Shown: positions 25,878-35,189, counted from the stretch's first letter. The stretch: 35,189 bases of DNA from an uncultured archaeon (GCA_964342815.1 CAYFHS010000044.1:1-35189), one strand, 5' to 3'. Numbers and translations are program-made. Notes: a model not told the origin generated them from the sequence alone.

Positions 25878-27128
25878 TTAAAAATTCCATTCATCATCCA
25901 TGGGTCTTTCATCCCTATCATCATAATCTGAATATGAATTATTCTCATCATCACCGTAATCGTCGAAATCCGCCTGCTGTTGAGGTTCGAAATCAGGCTC
26001 CATCCTGGGGGATTTCTCTCTTGGGGGTCGTCGCTTCCTCCTTGGTCTCTTGCTGCTTCCGAAGAATCCTTCCGGTCTGTAGGCGTATTCTCCCTGGATA
26101 ATGGATAATAGTTCTTCGATGGCACGTCGGTCTCCCTTTCTTTCCTCGGCCATGGCCATTACGAGGTTGTAATGTTCTTCCTCGGTTATACCCATGGTAC
26201 GGCGCTGGACGTCCAGCATTCCCTTTTCATCTTCGCTGATATGTCCGTCCACCAGCGTCTGGTCAACGGCCATCTTGTATGCACTCAGGTCCTTCTTGTG
26301 GTATTTCTTTTCTATCTTCAGGTTGATCCTTCTTCTCCTGTCTATCTTGAAAAAGATACCCATGATAACCATGAAAACGCTGGTGCCCGTGGTGACATAT
26401 ATGCCGTTCTCAGCCTTTACAGTGGTGTTCGTAAGCATTGCCATCTTGTCATTCATCTCGTTAACGGTATCGATCATCTCGGTCATATCCTTCTCGTTAT
26501 CTCCGTCATCATCGTCACCCCCATCGTCTTTTTCTTGGCCATCGTTTAAACCTCCCAGTGGAGTATCGTCGTCTTTATCGTTTATACCATCATCATCCGA
26601 ATCCTTCTTCATGGGGTCGCTGTAAGGCATCTCAAGAACCTCTTCACCGTCCAGAAGACCGTCTCCATCCGAATCCGAGATGTTCATATCCGTACCGAAC
26701 ATCTCCTCGAACTGGTCCATCAATCCATCCTCATCGCTATCCTTGAGATCCAATTCACCAAGACCGGGGATCTTCATGTTTCCAGGCATCACTCCCTGTA
26801 AGAGAGATCCCATCAGAATCATCAGTATCAGATATGTTCCCGCCGTAACAAAGAGGGTCGATCCCATAAAAACGGTGGGCCTCCCGACTATGGAATATAT
26901 GAGGCATAAAAGAGCTAGGATCAGGATCAAATAGACACCCATAAAAAAGTAACTTAGGATTTTGGATTCCGAATTTCGGACCAGATCCATGGCCGAATAA
27001 GTACCGGATGCACCCAGGAGTTCCTTACCGTTTATGGTGGCCCATGGGAGGTAGAGAGAAATGATGAGAACCAGGACACCAATAACACCAAGAACCCTGA
27101 TAGGGATTGTCATTTTAGTTTTTATCAT
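25878..27128 (-). CDS. Membrane protein with DxDxDG(L) Ca2+-binding (TSP3-like) repeats and a cytoplasmic TerB-like helical domain
   Basis: Likely start ATG 27128. Three N-terminal hydrophobic segments, then DSDEDGLMDQFE / DSDGDGLLDGEE / DSDDDGINDKDD, a further TM, AYKMAVDQTLVDGHISEDEKGMLDVQRRTMGITEEEH and a low-complexity tail. Confidence 0.75.
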   Translation of the reverse strand: MIKTKMTIPIRVLGVIGVLVLIISLYLPWATINGKELLGASGTYSAMDLVRNSESKILSYFFMGVYLILILALLCLIYSIVGRPTVFMGSTLFVTAGTYLILMILMGSLLQGVMPGNMKIPGLGELDLKDSDEDGLMDQFEEMFGTDMNISDSDGDGLLDGEEVLEMPYSDPMKKDSDDDGINDKDDDTPLGGLNDGQEKDDGGDDDDGDNEKDMTEMIDTVNEMNDKMAMLTNTTVKAENGIYVTTGTSVFMVIMGIFFKIDRRRRINLKIEKKYHKKDLSAYKMAVDQTLVDGHISEDEKGMLDVQRRTMGITEEEHYNLVMAMAEERKGDRRAIEELLSIIQGEYAYRPEGFFGSSKRPRRKRRPPREKSPRMEPDFEPQQQADFDDYGDDENNSYSDYDDRDERPMDDEWNF

Positions 27129-27235
27129 ATTATCCAAGACAACTGATATATAGTGGATAATATAAATATCTTTATTCCAAAATGCAAAGATAGAAGTTGG
27201 AATTCTCAAAATAATTATGGCACAGGTGTTCTCCT

Positions 27236-28117
27236 TTGAAGCGGCTCGTCATAACAGGTGCAGGCAATCTCGGACTGGCTTTGTATGATCATTTTAAAAC
27301 GGAAACTACTTACGAACCGATATTGGTGGCAAGACACTCGCCTGCATCAAACAAGATAAACTACGTTACCGGTGATATTACCCTGCCCGATTCCATGGCA
27401 AGAATGTTCCACGAAGTCACACCGGATGCGGTAATTCATACTGCAGCCCTGACGGATGTGGATCTATGTGAGAAAGAGCCGAAAAGAGCTTATACCGTCA
27501 ATGTGGAAGGAACCCGAAATCTTGCACAGTTGTGCAAGGGTGAAAAGATCCCATTGATTTACGTTTCCACGGATTATGTTTTCGATGGTAAAAAGGGGAA
27601 TTACACCGAGAGAGATATTCTAAATCCTGTCAATGTCTATGGGAAGACCAAGTTAGAAGGGGAAAATGTAGTAAAAGAGATGAAGGGGGTTGAATGGAAC
27701 ATAATAAGAACCTCATATCTTTTCAATTATTCCTGTACAAACTATGATTTTATCTCATATGTGTTTCATGGATTGACTCAAAGAAAGAAAATGAAAATCG
27801 ATGATTTTCGCATTGTGAAACCCACTCCTTGCAGTTCTCTGGGTGCACCCATAGGTCGAATATTATTCAATGGTAAACGGGGTGTATACCACCTCACCGG
27901 CAGGGATGTAATATCTCCTTATGATCTTGCTATAAAGTGCTCTTTGATATCGGGATATGATCCCGGTTCGATCGCAGTAAGGGGGCGATGTGGAGAAGGG
28001 GTACAGAGACCTTTGATATCTACGCTCAATACTGAAAAGGCCGAAAGGGATCTGGATTTCACACCACCTGAATTGGATGACTATCTTGAAGCTTATTTTA
28101 AAATGCGATATGCGTGA
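27236..28117 (+). CDS. rfbD: dTDP-4-dehydrorhamnose reductase family SDR
   Basis: VITGAGNLG, VIHTAALTDVDLCE, YVSTDYVFDGKKG, NPVNVYGKTKLEGE. Confidence 0.9.
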   Translation: MKRLVITGAGNLGLALYDHFKTETTYEPILVARHSPASNKINYVTGDITLPDSMARMFHEVTPDAVIHTAALTDVDLCEKEPKRAYTVNVEGTRNLAQLCKGEKIPLIYVSTDYVFDGKKGNYTERDILNPVNVYGKTKLEGENVVKEMKGVEWNIIRTSYLFNYSCTNYDFISYVFHGLTQRKKMKIDDFRIVKPTPCSSLGAPIGRILFNGKRGVYHLTGRDVISPYDLAIKCSLISGYDPGSIAVRGRCGEGVQRPLISTLNTEKAERDLDFTPPELDDYLEAYFKMRYA

Positions 28118-28147
28118 TTCTCTGTTATATTCTAAACGACGGTTATA

Positions 28148-31100
28148 TTGATAGCTGATAAGTGTTCTTCTTCAAACATGGTCGCAAAATCCCCGAACGG
28201 CTTCAAGGTAATCGACGAGATAGTACGGGACCCATTTTTCAACAACAAGGTAATCCACGTTGAGACCATAGCTTCTCAGGAAGGAACTACGATATCATCG
28301 GATCAGCTTTCAGGTGTTTTGGATAAAAGAATTTTGGACACCATGGAACAAAGAGGTATCAAGGCTCTTTACAGGCATCAATTCGAGGCAATCTCATCTG
28401 TGATCGATGGTAAAGATGTTGTGGTTGCAACACCTACAGCCAGCGGTAAGACCCTGGTCTATAATTCCTGTGTCATCAATTCTTATCTGAAGGATCGAAG
28501 TTCACACGCTCTTTATATCTTTCCACTTAAAGCCCTTGCCCAGGATCAGCTGAAAAACCTGTATTCTCTCTCGGATATACTGGATCTGCCACATCGCCGG
28601 GTCGCTGCGATATACGATGGCGACACAACCGGTTACCAGAGAAAGTCCATCAGGCAGGATCCACCTGGTATAATAATGAGCAATCCCGACATGCTGCACC
28701 TGTCTTTTCTTCCGAATCACATGGCATGGGAAAGTTTCCTTAAAAACTTGAAATTTATCGTTGTGGACGAGGTGCACACTTACAGGGGGATATTCGGATC
28801 CAACGTTGCCAACGTTTTCAGGCGGTTGAACCGGATACTGAAAAATCTGGGGGCAAATCCAATTTATATTTGTACTTCGGCCACAATGGCCCATACGGGT
28901 GAATTCACCAATTCGCTCCTTGGAAGAGAGTTCCGTGTCTATTCCGAGAATTATGCACCTTCTCCCAAAAAGAATTTTATTTTTTTGAATCCTTCGCATG
29001 ACTCTGGCTATCATGGTACATCGGTATCGGCAGGGACCACCACTACCAGGCTTCTCGCAAAGTTCGTACAGGCCGGGATCCGGACCATATGTTTTACCCA
29101 ATCCCGAAAGCAGGCGGAACTCGTGGCAAAATGGGCAAGAGAGTCATTGCCCCCTGAACTCCGGGGAAAGGTGGAATCCTACCGGGCAGGATACCTGCCG
29201 GAAGAGCGGAGAAACATCGAGGCAAGAATGGCATCCGGCAATTTACTGGGCATTGTATCAACCTCGGCACTTGAACTTGGTATCGATATCGGATATCTCG
29301 ACAGCTGTATACTTCTCGGTTATCCTGGAACACTCATATCAACCTGGCAGAGGGCCGGACGGGTAGGAAGAACCAGAAAGAAAGAGGATGCATACATATC
29401 CTTCGTTGCGGGGCGGGATGCCCTGGACCAGTATCTTGTGAACCATTCTGAAGATTTTTTTACGCGGCGATGGGAAAAGGCGGTGATAGATCCCGACAAT
29501 CCCAATATCCTGAATCCGCATATTCTCTGCGCTGCAAAAGAATCGCCTGTAAGCGAGCATGAAATAGGTTCCAACTCACTGTTTCCACTTACGTCCATCT
29601 TCAAACTAAAAGGAGAACACCAATTACGAAGGATTCCTGACGGTAATTTATTGACCACGGATATTGCAAGGCCACACCGGCGGGTAGACATCCGCAACAT
29701 GGGATTCAATTTTCAGATCGTGAGAGAGGACGGGTCCCAGCTGGGAGATATCGATAACAGGCGAGTGTTCCATGAATGTCACCCTGATGCAATATATTTA
29801 CACCAGGGGGAGAATTACATTGTCAAAGATCTGGATCTCCTGGCGCACAGGGTTACCGTTGCAAAGATCAATTCACCGAATCATACCTCACCCATGGTGG
29901 AAAAGAACATCAGTGTGGTCCGTGCGCTCCAAGGGAAGAGATACGGTCCTTTGGAACTTTTTTTCGGAGATATCAAAATCGAGGCGCAGGTTATTGGATT
30001 TTACGAAAAATCACCGGGCCCCAAGAGTCATGTAATACGGGAAGAAGAGTTCGAAAGACCCATGCCAAAACAGGTGATTACCACCAAGGCCGTTTGGTTT
30101 ACTGTTCCCTTCGAGTTGGCCGGTTCTATTCGGGAAAAATTCGGTGGTGAGAGTTGGGAGACCGTTCTCGCTCCATCCCCACTTGTGATTACTGAAGCAT
30201 TCGCAGGAGCCATTCACGCTGCCGAGCATAATCTTATCTCCATGCTACCTGTATTCGCCATGTGCGACAGGTGGGACGTTGGAGGATTATCCACCGCCAT
30301 GTCTCCCGATACATCCAGGCCATCGATATTCGTTTACGATGCCATAGAGGGGGGGGTGGGTTATGCCCAGAGAGCCTACGAGATGGCCTTAGAATGGTCT
30401 TCTTCCTCCTTTAGGTCGCTGCGGGAATGCAAGTGTGCGGAGGAGAACGGATGCCCCTCTTGCATTCAGTCGCCGAAGTGCGGCAATAATAATACCCCGC
30501 TGCACCGGAAGGGGTCTGAGTTGGTGATGAATTATATTTCACAACAGCTCCTGGAAAATGAAGGCGAAGCGATAAAGATCACACCTAGCAATGGAATTGT
30601 GGAGTGCAAAGATGACCAAAGTGATATGCCTGTAGAACCAACGACAACAAAAGGAGAAATCGGAGTTGGAAACGGCGATAAGATTGATGCACTTCTCAAA
30701 AAGGGAATTGTGATTTTCGATCTCGAAACAAAACATCTGGCCCATGAGGTTGGGGGATGGAGTAACATTAAGGATATGGGCGTGTCGGTGGCGGTTACTT
30801 ATAATACCGCCAGCAAAGAATATTCGATTCATTCTGGTGATGGAGTAAAAACAATGATCAATTTGTTGTATGAAGCTCCCATGGTGGTGGGTTTCAATCT
30901 CCATAATTTTGACTGGGAGGTGCTGGAAGGATTCGAAGGATTCGATCGGACCCGTATTAAGGCTCTGGACCTGTTCAGCGTCATCAAGAAGACAACTCGG
31001 AGAAAAATAGCCCTGAATAACCTGGGCAAGTGTAACTTGGGAATGGAAAAGACAGGAGATGGTTTCAAGGCGGTCAAGTGGCATCGAAGTGGAGAGTTCG

Positions 31101-31258
31101 AAAAATTGAGCAATTACTGCAAGCGGGACGTGGAGATCACCTATAACCTGTTCTTGCATTTACTGAGGTACGAAAAAATAAAATTTGAGGTTCCGGAATT
31201 CGAGCATGTGATAGAGGTGGATGTGGACATTTGGGATGAGATAAGGCATATATTATGA
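28148..31258 (+). CDS. Hrq1/MrfA(YprA)-type DEAD/DEAH helicase with DUF1998 Zn-binding domain fused to a C-terminal DEDDy RNase H-like exonuclease (MrfB/YprB-like)
   Basis: TPTASGKT, DEVH, SAT, STSALELGIDIG, QRAGRVGR. CxC..GCPSCIQSPKC at ~30428-30483. Exonuclease motifs FDLET, FNLHNFD and YCKRDV from ~30707. The start may be ATG 28178. Confidence 0.92.
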   Translation: MIADKCSSSNMVAKSPNGFKVIDEIVRDPFFNNKVIHVETIASQEGTTISSDQLSGVLDKRILDTMEQRGIKALYRHQFEAISSVIDGKDVVVATPTASGKTLVYNSCVINSYLKDRSSHALYIFPLKALAQDQLKNLYSLSDILDLPHRRVAAIYDGDTTGYQRKSIRQDPPGIIMSNPDMLHLSFLPNHMAWESFLKNLKFIVVDEVHTYRGIFGSNVANVFRRLNRILKNLGANPIYICTSATMAHTGEFTNSLLGREFRVYSENYAPSPKKNFIFLNPSHDSGYHGTSVSAGTTTTRLLAKFVQAGIRTICFTQSRKQAELVAKWARESLPPELRGKVESYRAGYLPEERRNIEARMASGNLLGIVSTSALELGIDIGYLDSCILLGYPGTLISTWQRAGRVGRTRKKEDAYISFVAGRDALDQYLVNHSEDFFTRRWEKAVIDPDNPNILNPHILCAAKESPVSEHEIGSNSLFPLTSIFKLKGEHQLRRIPDGNLLTTDIARPHRRVDIRNMGFNFQIVREDGSQLGDIDNRRVFHECHPDAIYLHQGENYIVKDLDLLAHRVTVAKINSPNHTSPMVEKNISVVRALQGKRYGPLELFFGDIKIEAQVIGFYEKSPGPKSHVIREEEFERPMPKQVITTKAVWFTVPFELAGSIREKFGGESWETVLAPSPLVITEAFAGAIHAAEHNLISMLPVFAMCDRWDVGGLSTAMSPDTSRPSIFVYDAIEGGVGYAQRAYEMALEWSSSSFRSLRECKCAEENGCPSCIQSPKCGNNNTPLHRKGSELVMNYISQQLLENEGEAIKITPSNGIVECKDDQSDMPVEPTTTKGEIGVGNGDKIDALLKKGIVIFDLETKHLAHEVGGWSNIKDMGVSVAVTYNTASKEYSIHSGDGVKTMINLLYEAPMVVGFNLHNFDWEVLEGFEGFDRTRIKALDLFSVIKKTTRRKIALNNLGKCNLGMEKTGDGFKAVKWHRSGEFEKLSNYCKRDVEITYNLFLHLLRYEKIKFEVPEFEHVIEVDVDIWDEIRHIL

Positions 31259-31412
31259 TGATGGAAGGAGATTTCACTCGTACTATAATCTGGATTGAAT
31301 GGGAAAGGTGGAAAAAAATGATTGTTGTGCGAAAATCCTTGGGAATGGAACTAAGTGAAACGATTATTTTATATACTAATAAACGCATTAATTTAATTAT
31401 TGGGTGTTCAGT

Positions 31413-31613
31413 ATGCAGGCCATTAGGATTTATCTGGATGTGGGAGATGATGGCATGGTATCACTACCGGCTCTCCATCAGTTCCGCGGAAAAACAATAG
31501 AAGTAGTCATAATTGAGACTGATGAATCAAGCGACACTTTATTAATGGCATCTGAGAGCAGTGTGGAATTCTGGGATAATCCGGTGGATGATGCGGCGTG
31601 GAACAATGTATAA
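31413..31613 (+). CDS. Putative type II antitoxin (DUF2281-like)
   Basis: 66 aa, directly upstream of and overlapping the PemK/MazF gene. N-terminal swapped-hairpin-like segment and an acidic C-terminus ASESSVEFWDNPVDDAAW. Confidence 0.7.
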   Translation: MQAIRIYLDVGDDGMVSLPALHQFRGKTIEVVIIETDESSDTLLMASESSVEFWDNPVDDAAWNNV

Positions 31614-31947
31614 GCAGCGTGATATCGTTCTAATTCCTATTCCTTTTACTGACCTTACGAGTACCAAGAAACGACCTGTGGTGGTTATTTCTAACAATGG
31701 ATACAACGAAAATAAGGAAGATTTAATTGTTGCTGCGATTACGTCGAATGTTGTATGGGACAAATATGCAATACCGATCACGGAGAAAGACATGGAAGGT
31801 GAGACCTTACCCCGACCAAGTATTATTAGGGTAGACAAAATATATACGTTGAACCAGGTGATTGTTCTCAAGAAATTCGATATTCTAAAGAAAGAAATAT
31901 TTGAAAAAATCCGATCTAAGATCCAGTTATTGTTCTCCTCTTCGTAG
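31606..31947 (+). CDS. PemK/MazF-family toxin (endoribonuclease)
   Basis: YKQRDIVLIPIPFTDLTSTKKRPVVVISN...IVAAITS...SIIRVDKIYTL. ATG 31606 overlaps the antitoxin stop (ATGtaTAA). Confidence 0.9.
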   Translation: MYKQRDIVLIPIPFTDLTSTKKRPVVVISNNGYNENKEDLIVAAITSNVVWDKYAIPITEKDMEGETLPRPSIIRVDKIYTLNQVIVLKKFDILKKEIFEKIRSKIQLLFSSS

Positions 31948-32047
31948 TAAGGTAGTTATTGAGGAGAATTCTTCTTTAATCCTAGAATTTTTTTCCGATT
32001 GATTGAAAAAAATATGATTCTCGTGCAATATTTATGGTATTGATATA

Positions 32048-32704
32048 ATGACTGGCAGCAACAGTATTTCAGGACAGCAGAATCGTGATAAAATAATACC
32101 GGTGGAACTATCCAAGTCGATCGCCGCTGAGCTGGACGAGCTGGTGGAAGTACGGGAAAAAATACTAAAAAGAACCCGAAAGATCACCCAGCTTTCATCG
32201 AAAATTATCAACGACATCCATAACTCAAAGAGTGAACATGATAACGTAGACGAATTGAGGAAGATGGTGTCGGAGCTTGGTGAACTTTGTAAAGAACATC
32301 CTAGAATTACTCACGCACCTTACGTTGACAGCGCTCTGGGTGAGTACTGCGAGGCCATGTTATTTCTCGCTCTTGTGAAGGGTGATGTAATACCTTCACC
32401 CGAGGAGCTTACTGTGGATTCGATTCCATATTTACTGGGAATGGGGGACGTGGTGGGAGAGCTTCGGCGTTATATTCTCGGGTACCTGAAAGATAATAAG
32501 ATTGATCAGGCAGCATATTTTTATGGTAAAATGGAATCGCTCTATAATTTTCTCGCCAACTTTCATTACCCGAAGGCCGTGGTGGACATACGGAGGAAAA
32601 AGGACGTTGCCCGGTCGCTTATGGAAAAGACCTTGGGAGAGCTGGTGGTTGCACGCTCGAATCACGATTTGAGTGAAAGGATGAAGGAAATTGGGAAGGA
32701 TTAG
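32048..32704 (+). CDS. Archaeal translin/Trax (C3PO-like) RNase homologue
   Basis: Helical protein with GEYCEA and YLLGMGDVVGELRR, carrying the acidic residues that form the Trax-type active site. Confidence 0.88.
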   Translation: MTGSNSISGQQNRDKIIPVELSKSIAAELDELVEVREKILKRTRKITQLSSKIINDIHNSKSEHDNVDELRKMVSELGELCKEHPRITHAPYVDSALGEYCEAMLFLALVKGDVIPSPEELTVDSIPYLLGMGDVVGELRRYILGYLKDNKIDQAAYFYGKMESLYNFLANFHYPKAVVDIRRKKDVARSLMEKTLGELVVARSNHDLSERMKEIGKD

Positions 32705-32730
32705 TTGCATAATAACACGGTGAATTTCGT

Positions 32731-33588
32731 ATGGTACAGTCAACCCCAAAATCTATTACACTCTACCATCCATCCAACGACCATGCGACGCTTTCGGTTA
32801 CGGGAGCGGGGTGCGCTCTCCACTGCAAGCACTGCGGGCGAAAATATCTCGAAAACATGCTTGACGTTTCAACACCTGACAGATTCCGAAAGGTCATCGC
32901 AGAGCTCCGGAAAAAGGGAATAAATGGAATTCTTCTCAGCGGGGGATGCGACTCAATGGGAAAGGTTTCCTTTGCCCACCTTTATGACGAGATAGCAGAA
33001 TTGACAAGCGGCTCCGGCATGTTCATTAACATACATACCGGCCAGATCGATCAAACTGATGCCGAAATGCTATACGACCTGGGAATAAGGAACATCTGTC
33101 TGGACGTAGTAGGGGACAGAAGCGTCATTAAGGACGTTTACGGATTGGACGTGGATGACCCCGGCAGTTCTCTAGAATCGCTGGTGGAAGCTGGATTTAC
33201 CGATATAATACCACATATCACCGTGGGACTCGACGGTGGAAAGTTGGGCCATGAGATGAAATCTTTACAGCTGATAAAGGAGAAACTTGGGAGTCCGGAG
33301 AAATTGGTTTTTCTATCACTTATTCCAACCGAGGGTGCTGTCTTTTCGGATGCCGGGACTGTAAGTACCAATGATATGTTAGCGATTATTCGATGTGCAA
33401 AAGATATTTTTCCTGATACGGAATTGATACTGGGGTGTATGCGGCCGCATTATTCGGGTGATGATATAATGAAAATGATCGGGTTGGGTCTTACAGGTGT
33501 GGTGAATCCCTCGCACAAGGTTGAGGAGGAACTAGGAGGGGGGGACGAATATAAAATAATAAAAAGTACCAGCTGCTGTAGTTTTTGA
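32731..33588 (+). CDS. lipS1: Radical SAM protein (COG1856-like), probable archaeal lipoyl synthase subunit LipS1
   Basis: SVTGAGCALHCKHC and ILLSGG, plus GCMR and a C-terminal CC. GC(M/A)R and CC are the motifs I recall being described for Thermococcus kodakarensis LipS1. Confidence 0.7.
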   Translation: MVQSTPKSITLYHPSNDHATLSVTGAGCALHCKHCGRKYLENMLDVSTPDRFRKVIAELRKKGINGILLSGGCDSMGKVSFAHLYDEIAELTSGSGMFINIHTGQIDQTDAEMLYDLGIRNICLDVVGDRSVIKDVYGLDVDDPGSSLESLVEAGFTDIIPHITVGLDGGKLGHEMKSLQLIKEKLGSPEKLVFLSLIPTEGAVFSDAGTVSTNDMLAIIRCAKDIFPDTELILGCMRPHYSGDDIMKMIGLGLTGVVNPSHKVEEELGGGDEYKIIKSTSCCSF

Positions 33589-33722
33589 TTCTTGGTTGAT
33601 TTCCATTAATTTCTGTAAAGTGTCATTGATATAAATACTAAAAAATTATACCGCATTAAATATATATAGTACGGCTCACTTGTTTTAGTATTAATTTCAT
33701 ATAAAAAAGATGGAGGAATAAT

Positions 33723-35189
33723 GTGAAAAAAATACTAGCAATTCTCATAATAATGGCACTTGTTACAATCTCTATAGTGGGATGTATAGATGAAGAAAAA
33801 GATGGGGACGAAAAAATCGATAGTGAAAAAGCAAATGATGATTCGATCTCTGTTGTTGAGGATTCAACAAATAATCAAATTGATGTTCTTCTTAATGATG
33901 ATGCTTACAGCGGGGATGATCTGGACATTATCGGTGTAACACAACCATCAAATGGTATAACAACGTTTACCATTGACTACGTATTTTTCACACCAGTTCC
34001 TGATTATAATGGTCTGGACCATTTTTATTATTCGATTACCGACAATAATGGTGGAACTTTTAACGCTACAGTAAATATAACAATAACATCTGTAAATGAT
34101 ACACCTATGGCAAATAATGATAATGTGTTCATAATTGAAGATTCAATTAATAATCTAATAGATGTACTGGCAAATGATACTGATATCGATGGAGACAATC
34201 TTGCCATTCAATTTTTAACTGAACCAGATCACGGTAAGGCTTCTATAGATGGTGCATTTGTGTCTTACACACCCGTTCCTGATTATAACGGTTCTGATCA
34301 ATTTAACTACAATATAAGCGATGGAAAGGGCGGCAACGATACAGCAACAGTTTATATTGATATTTTAGGTGTTAATGATCCTCCAAATGCGGTTATAGAT
34401 ATGGTAACTATAATCGAAAATTTATCAAACAACAAACTAGATGTATTATCCAATGATTACGATTTAGAGGGAGATTCGTTAACAATTGTTTCGGTTGGTG
34501 TTCCTAATCATGGTTTTGCCTCACATGATAATAAATACGTGTATTATTCACCGAATGTCAATTATACGGGCGCGGACCAGTTTGATTATAAGATAGATGA
34601 CGGGAATGGTGGCTTTCATGATTCTATCGTTTATGTAACTATAGTACAAATCCCTCGGATCGCATATACGAATGGCACTGGAGATGGAAATGAAAAATTG
34701 ATCATTTCTAATGCAGACGGCACGGAACCAATAATAATCGAAGAAGGAAATTTCAATAAATATAATAAATACATCGCGTGGTCTCATGATGGTTCAAAAC
34801 TTTTGTATAATTTTGCAAACAAGACAACTATAATTACCAATCCGAATGGAACTGTTAAAACACATATTGGAAAAGGTATAAAGCATCAATGGTCTCCTGA
34901 TGATTCAATAATTGCTTTCGAAAGAACGGTGGTGGCATCACCAACGGATGCGAAAGAATATATTTTTGTTGTGAATTCCGATGGAACGAATGAAACGAAG
35001 TTATGTTTGGGTGAAGATCCAAAATGGTTGTTTGATGGGAAAAATATCTTATTCAAAGAGTATTCCAATTATGATAATTATTTGGAATATGGAGTAATAA
35101 ATATGGATACCTTGGAAGAAAAAACGATTATTGATGCGACTGATTTCCCACCATATTTGTCTCCTGATAGAACATTACTTGCGTATTGT
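33723..35189 (+). CDS. Partial lipoprotein with three cadherin-like/Big_9 (tandem-95) repeats and a TolB-like (PD40) beta-propeller (absent from ORF track)
   Basis: SD GGAGG, then GTG at 33723, open to the window end (489 codons by hand translation). MKKILAILIIMALVTISIVGC lipobox. Three ANDD/ND..IDVL.ND...(F/Y)TP..DYNG.D.F.Y.I.DG.GG repeats. WSHDG, WSPDD and LSPD propeller motifs. Confidence 0.88.
   Translation, partial: MKKILAILIIMALVTISIVGCIDEEKDGDEKIDSEKANDDSISVVEDSTNNQIDVLLNDDAYSGDDLDIIGVTQPSNGITTFTIDYVFFTPVPDYNGLDHFYYSITDNNGGTFNATVNITITSVNDTPMANNDNVFIIEDSINNLIDVLANDTDIDGDNLAIQFLTEPDHGKASIDGAFVSYTPVPDYNGSDQFNYNISDGKGGNDTATVYIDILGVNDPPNAVIDMVTIIENLSNNKLDVLSNDYDLEGDSLTIVSVGVPNHGFASHDNKYVYYSPNVNYTGADQFDYKIDDGNGGFHDSIVYVTIVQIPRIAYTNGTGDGNEKLIISNADGTEPIIIEEGNFNKYNKYIAWSHDGSKLLYNFANKTTIITNPNGTVKTHIGKGIKHQWSPDDSIIAFERTVVASPTDAKEYIFVVNSDGTNETKLCLGEDPKWLFDGKNILFKEYSNYDNYLEYGVINMDTLEEKTIIDATDFPPYLSPDRTLLAYC

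Noticed and set aside
25865-26125. 87-aa N-terminal extension of the 24842..26125 ORF overlapping the upstream gene
   Set aside because: An alternative frame of the upstream low-complexity tail. An SD and signal peptide support ATG 25864.
28148-31258. Intein or insertion explaining the large helicase size
   Set aside because: No intein N- or C-terminal motifs (C/S start, HN end) or LAGLIDADG block seen. The length is explained by DUF1998 and the exonuclease fusion.
31255-31500. 81-aa ORF between the helicase and the antitoxin
   Set aside because: No recognisable motif, it overlaps the better-supported antitoxin in another frame, and it spans an AT-rich promoter-like region.

Overview
Archaeal genomic window, most consistent with Thermoplasmatota. 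This is inferred from eIF5A, a translin/Trax homologue, GGAGG/GGTGA ribosome-binding sites, BRE/TATA-like promoters and PKD surface proteins with acidic tails. The window has three parts. (1) About 1-5500 is a low-GC accessory block. On the minus strand it carries wHTH -> radical SAM/SPASM -> a small membrane protein that the ORF track missed. On the plus strand it carries an ATP-grasp enzyme and a 761-aa chimera whose low-GC helical-barrel-like N-terminus is fused in frame to a higher-GC longin/roadblock-like domain and a C4HC3 zinc finger. (2) About 6500-33600 is higher-GC and rich in large membrane-anchored surface proteins: a 2579-aa LTD/MAM-like/PKD giant with an internal cationic amphipathic helix and a ~400-aa acidic repeat tail, a PHP-PKD protein that has lost its metal ligands, and a PKD protein split at a T7 tract. 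It also holds a nucleoside-salvage operon, eIF5A, UbiA, RmlD, a Hrq1/MrfA-type helicase fused to a DEDDy exonuclease, a MazF-type TA pair, translin and a LipS1-like radical SAM. (3) From 33723 a low-GC lipoprotein (three cadherin-like repeats plus a TolB-like propeller) runs off the window. I saw no rRNA, tRNA, CRISPR array, transposase or integrase. All family calls come from motif recognition by eye, with no database search.
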